A program made the translations under genes and the position numbers. A stretch of DNA of 64,000 nt. Source: Candidatus Eiseniibacteriota bacterium. GTDB taxonomy: Bacteria; Eisenbacteria; RBG-16-71-46. The stretch lies in assembly GCA_963717505.1 (NCBI GenBank), contig OY970342.1, positions 928,001-992,000 on the forward strand. Direction: 5' to 3'. Positions 28,701 to 37,546 of the stretch are shown piece after piece; position 1 is the first letter of the stretch; each line of letters opens with the position of its first letter. The notes below the pieces were generated by a model that was not told the DNA's origin, made no database searches, and worked only from the letters and a program-made list of their open reading frames with translations.

Positions 28701-30860
28701 GGCCCGCTCGGCGCCACTGGAATCAGCGGGGATCTGAAGATCGCGCGGCCGCACATCAACGAGATCTGGGCCGACAGCGCCGAGGTCCACTTCACGGGAT
28801 TGATGCACGACACGGTTCTCGCGCGACTCGACGCGACCATCCAGGCCCACCGACTGGTGGCCTGGCCGCTGCTGGCCCGAAATATCGATGCCACGGCGGT
28901 CTGGGACGGAACCGGCCTGGTCGTGGACAGCCGCTCGGCTCTCGATGACCGGCGATCGGACCACATCACCGTGCGTCTGGAACCGATGGCGAGTGGGGTC
29001 CGCGGCCGCCTGGAGGCGTTCGAGCTCCTTCGCCGTCGCCTGAACGTCACATTGCAGAAGCCCGCGGCGTTCGAATTCAGCGGAATCACGCGGATCGACG
29101 ATCTGGTCCTGCTCGAGAACGGCGTCCCACGGCTTCGCGTCGATGGCGGCATCGACAGCGCAGGGATGGCCGACCTTCGCGTCGACGTCGACTCCCTCGA
29201 TCTCAGCGACTACCTGGATTTGGCGGGACTGCCGGCCCTCCAGGGCCACCTCTCCTTCGAGGGTTCCGTCACCGGGCGCCGCGACCGGCCTGTGTTCGAT
29301 GTCTCGATGCGTGCACGGCTGGTTTCCGGGAAGCGCAAGCCCGCGTGGATCACCGGTCGTCTGGCGTGGGCCGACTCCGCGTTCGACCTGACCACCGAGT
29401 TCGAGCAGTCCGCCGGCCACCGAATCGCGCTCGAATCGCACCTGCCCCTGGCGCTCACGCTGGCGCCCGCACGGGGCAGGCCGTTCGTCACAACGCTCGA
29501 GGCGCCGATGTCGTCGCGATTCCAGGCGGAGCGCTTCGACTTCTCGTGGTTCGAGCCGCTGATCTCGCCGCGAGTGGCGCGTCAGCCGCGCGGGTGGCTG
29601 AACGGAGACGTGCGAATCCAAGGCGAGCCCGGCATCCCGGAGGTCTCGGGTTTGCTCGCCCTGACCGAGGCGCAGGTCGAGCTGCCGCCGCTCGGCGTCC
29701 GCTATCAACACGGCGAGGCGCGGCTGTCGTTCGCGGGCCGAACCATCACGCTCGACCGCGCCAGTGTGACTTCCGGCGGCCGTGCCGAAGCCCGGGGCTC
29801 GGCGACGTTCCACGGCCGTGGCCGGCGCACGGTGGATCTGACGCTGTCGCTCGATCGCTTCATTCCGTTGAACACACTCGAAGCCAAGGCCACGCTCTCC
29901 GGGGAGGCGACGCTCGCCGGAAACCTGAGCGCCCCGCAGTTGCGCGGCACGATCAAAGTGCACAACACCACCACCAACATTGAAACCGGCGGCGAAGCCA
30001 ACGTCGAGTCGGTCGAGCTGACCGCGCGCGATCGCCTCGACATCAAGGAGCGCTTTGGCGTTGGAGCCGGCAGCAATGGGCAAGCGACTCCCCCTTTGCT
30101 GGATCGGGTGGACGTCGACCTCACGATCGCGATCGGCGACAACGTCTGGGTTCGGCGGCGCTCCGACCCGGTCGTGGCGCTCGAACTCGAAGGGGATCTG
30201 CACGCGCGCAAGCCCGCGGGCGGGGCGCTGGACGCGCGCGGAACTCTCGGCATCCGCACCGGACGAAGCTTCATGAGCTTCGCCGGGCGGCGCTTCGACC
30301 TGACCCACGCCGAGGTCGATCTGCCGGGCCCGTTGGCGGAGGCGCGGGTGGTGGTCGAGGCTTTCTACTCGCCGCAGACCAGCGGATCGTCGTCGGCCGA
30401 CGTCGAGGTCACCGCGGTGGTCACGATCGACGCCAACGGCGTGGTCACCGACCTGCGGTCGGAACCGTACCTGGATCAATCGGCGTTGCTCAACTACCTG
30501 GCGACCGGCCAGGTTCAGGGTGGCATGGAGTCGGGAACTGCCTATGGGCTCGCGGCCGGTGCGGCATTGGGCGCGGTCGGCGGGGCGGCGGGCCGCAGCC
30601 TTGGGCTCGACGTCGTGCAGGTGACCATGGACGCCAACGGCGGGCAGACACTGAGCGCGGGCAGCTACATCGACCCGCGCATCTATCTTGGATTCCGCCA
30701 GCCGGTGGTTCAGGACCAGACCCGCGGCACCAGCTCGACTTCGGGTGCGACCCCAACCGAGTTCGAAGTCGAGCTCGAGGCGCGGCGGAATCTGCTGTTC
30801 AACGTCCAGGGCAGCTCGGCGCGGTATCGATTCCTCTTTCGGCCGCGGCTCGGGAGGTAA
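25731..30860 (+). CDS. tamB: Translocation/assembly module TamB (DUF490) protein
   Basis: 1709 aa; N-terminal anchor (LHTPWG); beta-taco repeats; C-terminal DLRSEP...LNYLATG...GLDVVQV...AGSYIDPRIYL. Confidence 0.85.
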   Translation: MTQAPTHPEPRRSTPFPWRPVLTVLLVPVVLVVVLVAALHTPWGMKTVANQALRAVPLWPETRLEAAAARGGFGSGIELYGIRLIAPNGPLAGVIDTLRVSYQLHELLGNPRRVREIRIAGLQLLASRLPRAVAKDRKSRADRRPPQVTLDRLELHRTDLEIHVSSFGRDSVLLVKGLDLTMTDFRLHESTSLALDTLSATLVSPAAPAESLRLAMRGRLTPTRLELDTLSIAGVRTRVTGAGTLPVKGGEGASFVGADFSLYARPLAGADIERFLPFLGNPGDLTLGMVARSRGSRLHATVDARAARGGHVALEATVAAAGGPISLHTDGRVDDLDLGALRGGAADSLVIDASWRAELDGPDRAHLSGPIALTLDGSRVGDLRFDEARIEGALADRRATVNARARGEGFALTVAGWATPLDSIVAYDASAVLSLARVPYPPRSPFSPPPDSLADSTTLFAGDTEIQIRGRGLSADRAQTIATLELRPDSTTPSLLGAGRVAANLDAGVARWRVDLQATSGSIRASGDFGLSPELSYRIHRAEIAGVDIAAFAGDTTASRLDLVLRAEGRGAEPDRIRATAVIDSLALAYGIHRIAGGTATVNLDRGRARFESAVTVDQATVQASGTLEPLSQPKAARIAFDVRDLDLAKVTGDSLLTSQLAGHVRAELRGSDLAAWLGTPTRNAAIESGRGLVRIELEPSSVGDQHIAVFDLRGDLERGTVKLGGRLESSFGEVRLAGTARPFDAVPTLRLTPLAFSSFSPLLLVGRPDPALEFEGRLDAELSGRSLAELSGNLDLVLDGSRVNSMTFDQLAVHSRMGEGTIETHLTARAADDSADVALIGAPFLDPRRLHAAGRIRSVGLASMLGIDSVRAGAGLEFTFDGRQPRGGGVDDLVLSGSVAGNAWLGEARLDTVAGEFNVEHGVAQVPRLALRGNVLNADGGGRVVLPRSRSREATDVRLTGTLDRIELLPPLPGIKELAGSARIQVAASGPLGATGISGDLKIARPHINEIWADSAEVHFTGLMHDTVLARLDATIQAHRLVAWPLLARNIDATAVWDGTGLVVDSRSALDDRRSDHITVRLEPMASGVRGRLEAFELLRRRLNVTLQKPAAFEFSGITRIDDLVLLENGVPRLRVDGGIDSAGMADLRVDVDSLDLSDYLDLAGLPALQGHLSFEGSVTGRRDRPVFDVSMRARLVSGKRKPAWITGRLAWADSAFDLTTEFEQSAGHRIALESHLPLALTLAPARGRPFVTTLEAPMSSRFQAERFDFSWFEPLISPRVARQPRGWLNGDVRIQGEPGIPEVSGLLALTEAQVELPPLGVRYQHGEARLSFAGRTITLDRASVTSGGRAEARGSATFHGRGRRTVDLTLSLDRFIPLNTLEAKATLSGEATLAGNLSAPQLRGTIKVHNTTTNIETGGEANVESVELTARDRLDIKERFGVGAGSNGQATPPLLDRVDVDLTIAIGDNVWVRRRSDPVVALELEGDLHARKPAGGALDARGTLGIRTGRSFMSFAGRRFDLTHAEVDLPGPLAEARVVVEAFYSPQTSGSSSADVEVTAVVTIDANGVVTDLRSEPYLDQSALLNYLATGQVQGGMESGTAYGLAAGAALGAVGGAAGRSLGLDVVQVTMDANGGQTLSAGSYIDPRIYLGFRQPVVQDQTRGTSSTSGATPTEFEVELEARRNLLFNVQGSSARYRFLFRPRLGR

Positions 30861-30911
30861 GGTCTGCGCCGGTCGTTCGGGTGGGCGGTCGTCGCCACGG
30901 CGCTGGCGGGC

Positions 30912-33029
30912 TTGGGGTTCGCGACCGGCGTCCGGGCCCAGGGCCTCCACCTCGCCCCGGATGCGGAAGTGCGCTCGCTGAAGTTCCGGTTCGCCGGCAA
31001 GCACGAGCTGATGGGGTCGGATCTGGCCGGAGTGATCGCCACCGCCGGGCCCGGCTCGTTCCGTGGGCTGCAGGTCGCCACCGCGTGGATCCCCTTCCTT
31101 CCGGATCCCAAGCCGCTTCCGTTCGACCCGGTCCGCCTCCAGGAGGACGTCGTTCGGATCCGGCGCCACTACCGGCGGCAGGGATTCCCGTCGGCAACTG
31201 TCGACTACGACGTGAGCACCGATCGCAATAGACGCCGGGTCGACGTGACGTTCCTGATCGATGAAGGTCCGGCGCTTCGAATCCGCAGTCTGACCATGGC
31301 GGGTCCCGGCGGTGACGAGGCCGTTCCGATCCCGGACGCCGAGCGACAGGAGATTCGCGAGGAATGGGGCCGGGTGCAGTCGCGATACCTCGGGCGCCGC
31401 GTCCGCCAAGAGGAAATCGTTCATCTTCAGAATGGGCTGATGTCGTTCCTCGCCGACCGAGGTTATGCGAAACCGGCGATCGAGCCGCGCGCCCTGATCG
31501 ACTCGATCGGCGGCCACGTGGACATCGTGTTGCAGGTGACCCCCGGGCCGCGCACCCGGGTGTCCTCGATCGAGGTCGAAGGCGCCCATTCGGTTCCGGA
31601 AAGGATCGTCGAGCGACAGCTCGGCTTCGAGGCTGGCGACTGGACGTCGAAGAAGCACCTCGAACGCGGCCGGGCGAATCTGCTCACCGTGGAGCTCTTT
31701 CGTCGGGCGGACGTGCACCTCACGGGTTCAGTCGGCGACAGCGCCGTGCCGGTGAAGGTCCAAATTGGCGAGGACCGGCCACGGTTCACCAACATCGAAG
31801 TCGGATACGTCACGGACGGCGCCGGCATCACCGGCCAGGTGCGCTGGACCCACCCCAACTTCACCGGTGGAGCGCGTAGTCTCAACACCATCGGCCTGTT
31901 TCAGTCGGGATGGGGCTCGACCAGCGACGTCAAGGACCGGCTGGCGCGCGCGACCATCGTGCTCAATCAGCCCTACGTCGGCGCGCCCGAACTGTCACTC
32001 GGCTTCGGACCCTCGTTCGAATTCCGGGACGGGAACATCGACCGCTCGGTCGCCTACACGCTGCAGAGCACGCTGGTCTGGCGGTTCAATACGCTCCAGT
32101 CCGCCGCATTGCGCTACGAATTCACCTACCGGCAAGTCGACGAATCGCGCTCCGTCGAGCTGACTTCCGACACGCGATCGCCGCAGACGCTGCGCGCCAT
32201 CGGGGGCCAAGCGCTGCTCGATTCCCTGAGCCAACCGGTGCTCAGCAGCTTGTTCAGTTTGTCCACCAGCCTGGGCGGTCTCGACGATATCGCGCGCCCA
32301 CAGCGCGGCCTGGTGCTCAAACCGTACCTGTCCATCACCGCGCCTTCGCCCTGGGGCTCGATCGAGTTCGGCCGGGTGGACCTGCAGGCCACGACCTTCG
32401 TGCCAATGCCTGGTCGTTCGAATGCGGTCATGTTGCGCGGCAACTTCGGCGGACTGTGGCCGTTCGGCAAGAGCATTCCGGACCCGGGTGAGTTGCCGAT
32501 CATCGAGCTGTCACGCATGCGCGACTACGTTCTGACCGCGGGTGGCGCCAACGACGTTCGAGGCTACGCCACCCGCATGCTCGGGCCCAAGATTCCCCGG
32601 GTCGAAGCTACTTTGTCGGGCGCGGACACGGTCCTGGTTGCGGACGAATACGTCGAATTCGGTGGGCTGCGCCGTTGGACCGGGACCGTCGAATTCCGCA
32701 TTGGGATGCCGTGGATCTCGCGCGACGTCTTCGCGCACCTGTTCGGCGACGCCGGGCGCGTCTGGACCTCCGACCCGCGATTCCTGCCGACCAACACCAT
32801 CAGCGACGAGCAGCGTGTGTTCTATGCGACCGGCGGCGGGATCGGCTACTACACCCCGGTCGGCGCCATTCGCTTCGACGTCGGCTACAAGCTGAACCCG
32901 TCGCTGCTGGACGAGCGCGATCCGCAGGACGTGCTGAACGCCTTGATCGCCGGTCAGCCGCCGTCGGCCGCCCGCGTCGATCCCTGGCGACGCTACGCCT
33001 TTCACTTCGCGCTGGGGCTGTTCTTCTAG
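30912..33029 (+). CDS. Omp85-family TamA/BamA-like outer-membrane protein
   Basis: POTRA domains (HYRRQGF, DRGYA), GGANDVRGY, YYTPVGAIRFDVGY, C-terminal LGLFF. Start uncertain. Confidence 0.9.
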   Translation: MGFATGVRAQGLHLAPDAEVRSLKFRFAGKHELMGSDLAGVIATAGPGSFRGLQVATAWIPFLPDPKPLPFDPVRLQEDVVRIRRHYRRQGFPSATVDYDVSTDRNRRRVDVTFLIDEGPALRIRSLTMAGPGGDEAVPIPDAERQEIREEWGRVQSRYLGRRVRQEEIVHLQNGLMSFLADRGYAKPAIEPRALIDSIGGHVDIVLQVTPGPRTRVSSIEVEGAHSVPERIVERQLGFEAGDWTSKKHLERGRANLLTVELFRRADVHLTGSVGDSAVPVKVQIGEDRPRFTNIEVGYVTDGAGITGQVRWTHPNFTGGARSLNTIGLFQSGWGSTSDVKDRLARATIVLNQPYVGAPELSLGFGPSFEFRDGNIDRSVAYTLQSTLVWRFNTLQSAALRYEFTYRQVDESRSVELTSDTRSPQTLRAIGGQALLDSLSQPVLSSLFSLSTSLGGLDDIARPQRGLVLKPYLSITAPSPWGSIEFGRVDLQATTFVPMPGRSNAVMLRGNFGGLWPFGKSIPDPGELPIIELSRMRDYVLTAGGANDVRGYATRMLGPKIPRVEATLSGADTVLVADEYVEFGGLRRWTGTVEFRIGMPWISRDVFAHLFGDAGRVWTSDPRFLPTNTISDEQRVFYATGGGIGYYTPVGAIRFDVGYKLNPSLLDERDPQDVLNALIAGQPPSAARVDPWRRYAFHFALGLFF

Positions 33030-33049
33030 CGCGCCCCAGGCCGCGGCGG

Positions 33050-35233
33050 CTAGAACCGGGCGCCGAGCTGGAAGTCGAATCGGCGATGCCCGGCCGAGCT
33101 CGCACCCCACTCCACACGCAAAGGACCGGTCGGCAGGTCGATCTCGGCGCCCAGACCGATTCCGCCCACCGGATCCGGCCCCAGGTCGGCTCCGCTCACC
33201 GCGTCGTTGACCCGGCCCGACTGAATCCCGAGATAGGCGCGCGCCTGGCGGCCGGCTTCCACGGCCAGCTCGAGCGAGATTGCTCCGGCCGTGCGGCCCA
33301 ACCACTCGTCGTGGCGCAGACCGGAGAGCGAGCGCGGTCCACCGAGGCCGACCAGCGCGTCGGGCGGCACGTTGCCCTCGACGGCGCCGTAGCGTGCGCC
33401 CGGAGTCAGTGCCAGGAAGCGGTAGCGAAGGTCGAAGTCGAACACGGCCAGCATGCGCGAGTAGCCGTCGTCTCCCATCGCCCACTCCACGTCCAGGGTC
33501 CGCTCGCCTCCACCCAGCGACTGCGTGCGCAGCGCCATCATCAACCCACTCCACCCCGGGCTGGGTCGCGCGATGTCGGCCACGCCCACGCCCCCCTGGA
33601 ACACCTGCCGGGTCGCGAGCCCGACCTGGCCGCCGCCGAACAACTCGAAGCGGTTGGTCCGCAACGTGCGCACCGGCTCGCGTCCTTCGAACACGCGCGT
33701 GCGCATTTCGTGATAGCGACCGCGCACGAACCACCCATGGTTCCCCTGGTCGAGCGCGTAGGGCTCGAGGCTGCCGTGCAGGTTCCATCCGAGCGGGCGG
33801 AGTCCCCAACCGACCTTGCCCAGCGAAGGCCATGGGCCACGCAACGGACGAATCGTCGTACCGACGTGCACGCTGGCGCCCTCGTCGTTGTTGATGTCGA
33901 AGGCAGGGCCGACGGCGACCACCGGCCGCTCGCGCACCTCGAACGACAACACGGTCGAGTCGCCGCGATTGGTGAGTGTCGGCCACGCGCTTTCGAACAG
34001 GCCGCTGCGCGCCAGCCGGCGCAGCGCCGGCTTGAGATCCGAAGCCAGGAATGGCCCCTCCGGCAGACGGCCGAGAACGGCGTGCGCGACCGCGCCGCGC
34101 CGCACTTCGCCACGGCCGTGCCACTCGACGCCGGCCGACAGGGGCGGCAGGATCGGCGCCGGCGGCACCAGCGGCGTCGTCGCACGCGGGAGACCGGAGC
34201 GTCGCGCCCACGAGCGCACCGGCTCAACCGCCTCGCGATAGCCCTCCTCCATGATGCTCGCGCCGGCCGAGAAGTCCGACGCTCCCGAATTGGGGATGCG
34301 CAGCCAGATCAGGGTGTCGCCGGCGGCGGTCGATATGGTGTCGTTCTGTCCGCGCTTGTTGAGGATGTCCCACAATTGGAGAAACACGGTGACGCCCGAC
34401 GACGATTCGTTGAGTTCCGGGTAGGGCAACGCCACGTCGACGGCCAGCACCCGCTCGGCGCCGGCGGCACGCGCGGGACTGATCGGCAGGTTGCTCGACA
34501 TACCACCGTCGACCAGCAGGGCCTCGCCCTCGGCGACCGGCGGGAACACGAGCGGCAGGCCGGAAGTGATGCGACACGCGCGCGCCAGGCTGCCGTGATC
34601 GAGCATGTACCAGCGGCCGGTACGCACGTCGGTGCCGATGGTGCGGAACGGAATCGGCAGGCGGTCGAAGTCGCCCTGGGCCGCGGCGTCGGCGTTCAGG
34701 AACAGTTCGGTCAGCACCTGGTTGATGACCGTGTTGTCCACCAGTGATGCCGGAATCTGGAGTCCGTTGCCGCTGCCCGCGACCAGCTCGAACCACGGTC
34801 GCGGCCACACGCTGCGCCACTGATAGGCGTTGGGTACCCCGCCGAAGATCAAATCCCACGGGATCACCTTGAGGATCTTGCGCAAGCTGTCGGGCGAATA
34901 GCCGGCGCAATACATGGCGCCGACCAGGCCACCCATGCTCGAACCAACGACCAGGTCCGGCCGCACGCCCTCCTCTTCGAGAGCCTGGATGACGCCGCCG
35001 TGCGCGAACCCGCGCGCGATGCCGCCCGAGAGCACCAGCGCCCAGCGTGGAGTGCGCGCGATCGTGGATCCGGAATCCGCAGGTGAGACGGCGGTGTCGG
35101 GAACGGCAGTGGCGGAGGAGTCGGGTAACACGGCCGCGCTGTCAGGTTCCGCAGCCGACCCGAAAGTGGCGACACCCAACAGCGCGGCCAGCACTGCGGG
35201 GGCGAGCCCGCAGCAGAGAGTCCTGAGGCGCAT
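33050..35233 (-). CDS. Patatin-like phospholipase with POTRA and beta-barrel (PlpD, type Vd-like)
   Basis: LVLSGGIARGFAH, GSSMG, LVDGG; POTRA-like RLARSGLFE; C-terminal GPLRVEWG...FQLGARF. Confidence 0.85.
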   Translation of the reverse strand: MRLRTLCCGLAPAVLAALLGVATFGSAAEPDSAAVLPDSSATAVPDTAVSPADSGSTIARTPRWALVLSGGIARGFAHGGVIQALEEEGVRPDLVVGSSMGGLVGAMYCAGYSPDSLRKILKVIPWDLIFGGVPNAYQWRSVWPRPWFELVAGSGNGLQIPASLVDNTVINQVLTELFLNADAAAQGDFDRLPIPFRTIGTDVRTGRWYMLDHGSLARACRITSGLPLVFPPVAEGEALLVDGGMSSNLPISPARAAGAERVLAVDVALPYPELNESSSGVTVFLQLWDILNKRGQNDTISTAAGDTLIWLRIPNSGASDFSAGASIMEEGYREAVEPVRSWARRSGLPRATTPLVPPAPILPPLSAGVEWHGRGEVRRGAVAHAVLGRLPEGPFLASDLKPALRRLARSGLFESAWPTLTNRGDSTVLSFEVRERPVVAVGPAFDINNDEGASVHVGTTIRPLRGPWPSLGKVGWGLRPLGWNLHGSLEPYALDQGNHGWFVRGRYHEMRTRVFEGREPVRTLRTNRFELFGGGQVGLATRQVFQGGVGVADIARPSPGWSGLMMALRTQSLGGGERTLDVEWAMGDDGYSRMLAVFDFDLRYRFLALTPGARYGAVEGNVPPDALVGLGGPRSLSGLRHDEWLGRTAGAISLELAVEAGRQARAYLGIQSGRVNDAVSGADLGPDPVGGIGLGAEIDLPTGPLRVEWGASSAGHRRFDFQLGARF

Positions 35234-35393
35234 CGAACCAGGTCCGTTCAGTAGGGGTCGGGAGCGATCGAAGCCCGACACGCTAGCACGCCAACACGAA
35301 ATCGCCAGTCGTGAGTCGAGCCTTGACTCGCGCGCAGCGAGAGCGGAACATGACGCGTTCGCGCAGTCGCCGCCTCACTTCGGCCGAGCCACG

Positions 35394-36365
35394 ATGACGC
35401 ATTCGCTTCGATTCCTCGCTGCCATCCTGCTCCTCGGACTCTCCGGCTGCTCGCAGGCAGGGTTCGTCCCCGAGTCGTCGCCCATGCCGGCGGCGCGTGC
35501 CGGGCTCGAGCCTGAGTACCGCATCTTCTACGACTCGCTGATCGATCACGGCGATTGGATCCTGATCGAGCCGCTCGGCTTCGTGTTCCGCCCGCGCGTC
35601 AATTTCGTCGCCTGGCAGCCGTACGACGACGGCTTCTGGGTGCCGACCGATCTCTACGGCTGGGTCTGGGTGTCGTCGGAGCCATTCGGGTGGGCGACGT
35701 ACCACTACGGTCGCTGGTTCTACGACGACTACCGCGGCTGGGTCTGGGTTCCGGGTCTCGACTGGGGACCGGCGTGGGTGAACTGGTACGCGGTCGATTC
35801 CTACGTCGGCTGGTCGCCGCGACTGGCGGCGGGATCGAGCCCTCTGCCTGAGGCCGCGTGGTCGTTCGTCACCGTCGATCGACTGGCCGCGCCCAACGTC
35901 GGCGAATTGCGGGTCGAGCGCGAACAACTCGGCCCCGCGGCGGCACGCCTGCAGCGCATCGACACCCAAGTCGAAGTGAACGGCGTCGTCGTTCCGGCCG
36001 GGCCGCGCTTCCAGGACGTCGAGCGCGTCGCCGGACCTTTGACTCGCGTCAAGATCCAGGACCTGGTGGCGCCCGGTGCTGTCGGGGCGCCGCGCGAGGG
36101 GTCCGGCGCTGGTAAGAAGGCCGAACGCGAGAACGCGAAGGACGCGGAGACTGCCTCGCCGAATCCGGAACTGCGCCGGGCCGGCGAGCAGGCGGCACGC
36201 GAGGCGCAGTCGATGATCAGTCGCAAGCAAGTCGGCTCGGTGGTTCCAGTGGTGCGGCCGATCGGCGTGCCCGACGCCCGGCCGCCCGCGAAGACGAGCG
36301 CCGGAAAGAAAGGTCCGCCGCCGCCCAAGACCCGCTCCAGCGCGCCACCGGACTCGGCCCGCTGA
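35394..36365 (+). CDS. Lipoprotein with Trp/Tyr-rich (DUF6600-like) domain
   Basis: Lipobox LSGC; FYDSLIDHGDW, GWVWVSSEPFGWATYHYGRW, WVPGLDWGPAWV; low-complexity tail. Confidence 0.8.
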   Translation: MTHSLRFLAAILLLGLSGCSQAGFVPESSPMPAARAGLEPEYRIFYDSLIDHGDWILIEPLGFVFRPRVNFVAWQPYDDGFWVPTDLYGWVWVSSEPFGWATYHYGRWFYDDYRGWVWVPGLDWGPAWVNWYAVDSYVGWSPRLAAGSSPLPEAAWSFVTVDRLAAPNVGELRVEREQLGPAAARLQRIDTQVEVNGVVVPAGPRFQDVERVAGPLTRVKIQDLVAPGAVGAPREGSGAGKKAERENAKDAETASPNPELRRAGEQAAREAQSMISRKQVGSVVPVVRPIGVPDARPPAKTSAGKKGPPPPKTRSSAPPDSAR

Positions 36366-36388
36366 GCGCGCTCCACACCGTTCCGCTC

Positions 36389-37546
36389 GTGACGCCGGAT
36401 CGCGCACCCGCCGAGCGCATACGCGCTCATGCGCTCGAGCTGGGCTTCGACGACGTCGGCATCGCTCGCGCCGAACCCACTCGCCACGCCGGCCACTACC
36501 CCGACTGGATCGCGGCCGGACGGCACGGCGACATGGTCTGGATGGCGAGCGATCGGCATCGCGAACGGCGCGCCGAACCTGCACGCCTCCTGCCTGGATT
36601 GCGTTCGATCGTGTGCGTGGCGCTGTGCTACGAGCCGACACTCGACGAGACACGCGCGCAGCGCCTCGGACGCATCGCTCGCTACGCGGGTGGCGAGGAC
36701 TACCATCGCGTGATGCGCGACCGCCTCGGGGCGCTCGAGTCCTTCATTCACGACCTGCTGCCGGGGGTGCGCACGCTCGGCTACTCCGACACCGGCGCGC
36801 TGCTCGAGCGCGGGCACGCCGAGGCCGCCGGGCTTGGCTGGATCGGCAAGCATTCGGGGCTCCTGTCGCGCCGCCTCGGCTCGTGGTTCCTGCTGGGCGA
36901 GCTTCTGGTCGACCACGAGCTGGAACCGGACACCCCTATCGAGCGCGAGCACTGCGGAACCTGCCGGCGTTGCATCGATGTCTGTCCGACCGGCGCGATC
37001 GTCGCCCCGTATCAGGTGGACGCGCGGCTGTGCATCTCGTACCTGACCATCGAGCTGCGTGGTCCCATTCCGCGTGAATTGCGTCCGAGAATCGGCGATT
37101 GGATCTTCGGCTGCGACCTGTGCCAGGACGTCTGCCCGTGGAACCGATTCGCTCCGGCGGCGCGCGAGGCCCGGCTGCATGCGCGCACGCTCGAAGGCTG
37201 GTCGCTCGAGCGCTTCCTCGAGCTCGACGACGACGGCTTCGCCCGGCTGTTCGCGACCAGCCCGATCCGCCGCGCGCGGCGCGCGGGGTTCCAGCGCAAC
37301 GTGTGCGTGGCCCTCGGCAACCGCCGCGACCCAGGAGCGATTCCCGCCCTGATGCGCGCGACGGCCGACGGTTCGTCGCTGGTCCGCGGCCATGCCACCT
37401 GGGCACTCGGCGAAATCGCCCGTCAGCACGCCGACCGCCGAGTCGAAGTCCGCGTCGCGCTGGACCGCCTCGCGGCGAACGATCCGGATCCCTTCGTGGT
37501 CGAGGAAGCTGCGATCGCAGTCTCTGCGCTCGCGGAACTCTCGTGA
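36389..37546 (+). CDS. queG: Epoxyqueuosine reductase
   Basis: IARYAGGEDYH, DTGALLER, CGTCRRCIDVCPTGA, CISYLTIE, FGCDLCQDVCPWN; HEAT tail. Confidence 0.95.
   Translation: MTPDRAPAERIRAHALELGFDDVGIARAEPTRHAGHYPDWIAAGRHGDMVWMASDRHRERRAEPARLLPGLRSIVCVALCYEPTLDETRAQRLGRIARYAGGEDYHRVMRDRLGALESFIHDLLPGVRTLGYSDTGALLERGHAEAAGLGWIGKHSGLLSRRLGSWFLLGELLVDHELEPDTPIEREHCGTCRRCIDVCPTGAIVAPYQVDARLCISYLTIELRGPIPRELRPRIGDWIFGCDLCQDVCPWNRFAPAAREARLHARTLEGWSLERFLELDDDGFARLFATSPIRRARRAGFQRNVCVALGNRRDPGAIPALMRATADGSSLVRGHATWALGEIARQHADRRVEVRVALDRLAANDPDPFVVEEAAIAVSALAELS

Noticed and set aside
27333-31718. 1461-aa antisense ORF
   Set aside because: Shadow of tamB/tamA; long stop-free antisense frames are expected at this GC content, and it has no motifs.
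32675-34747. 690-aa plus-strand ORF
   Set aside because: Antisense shadow of the patatin gene.
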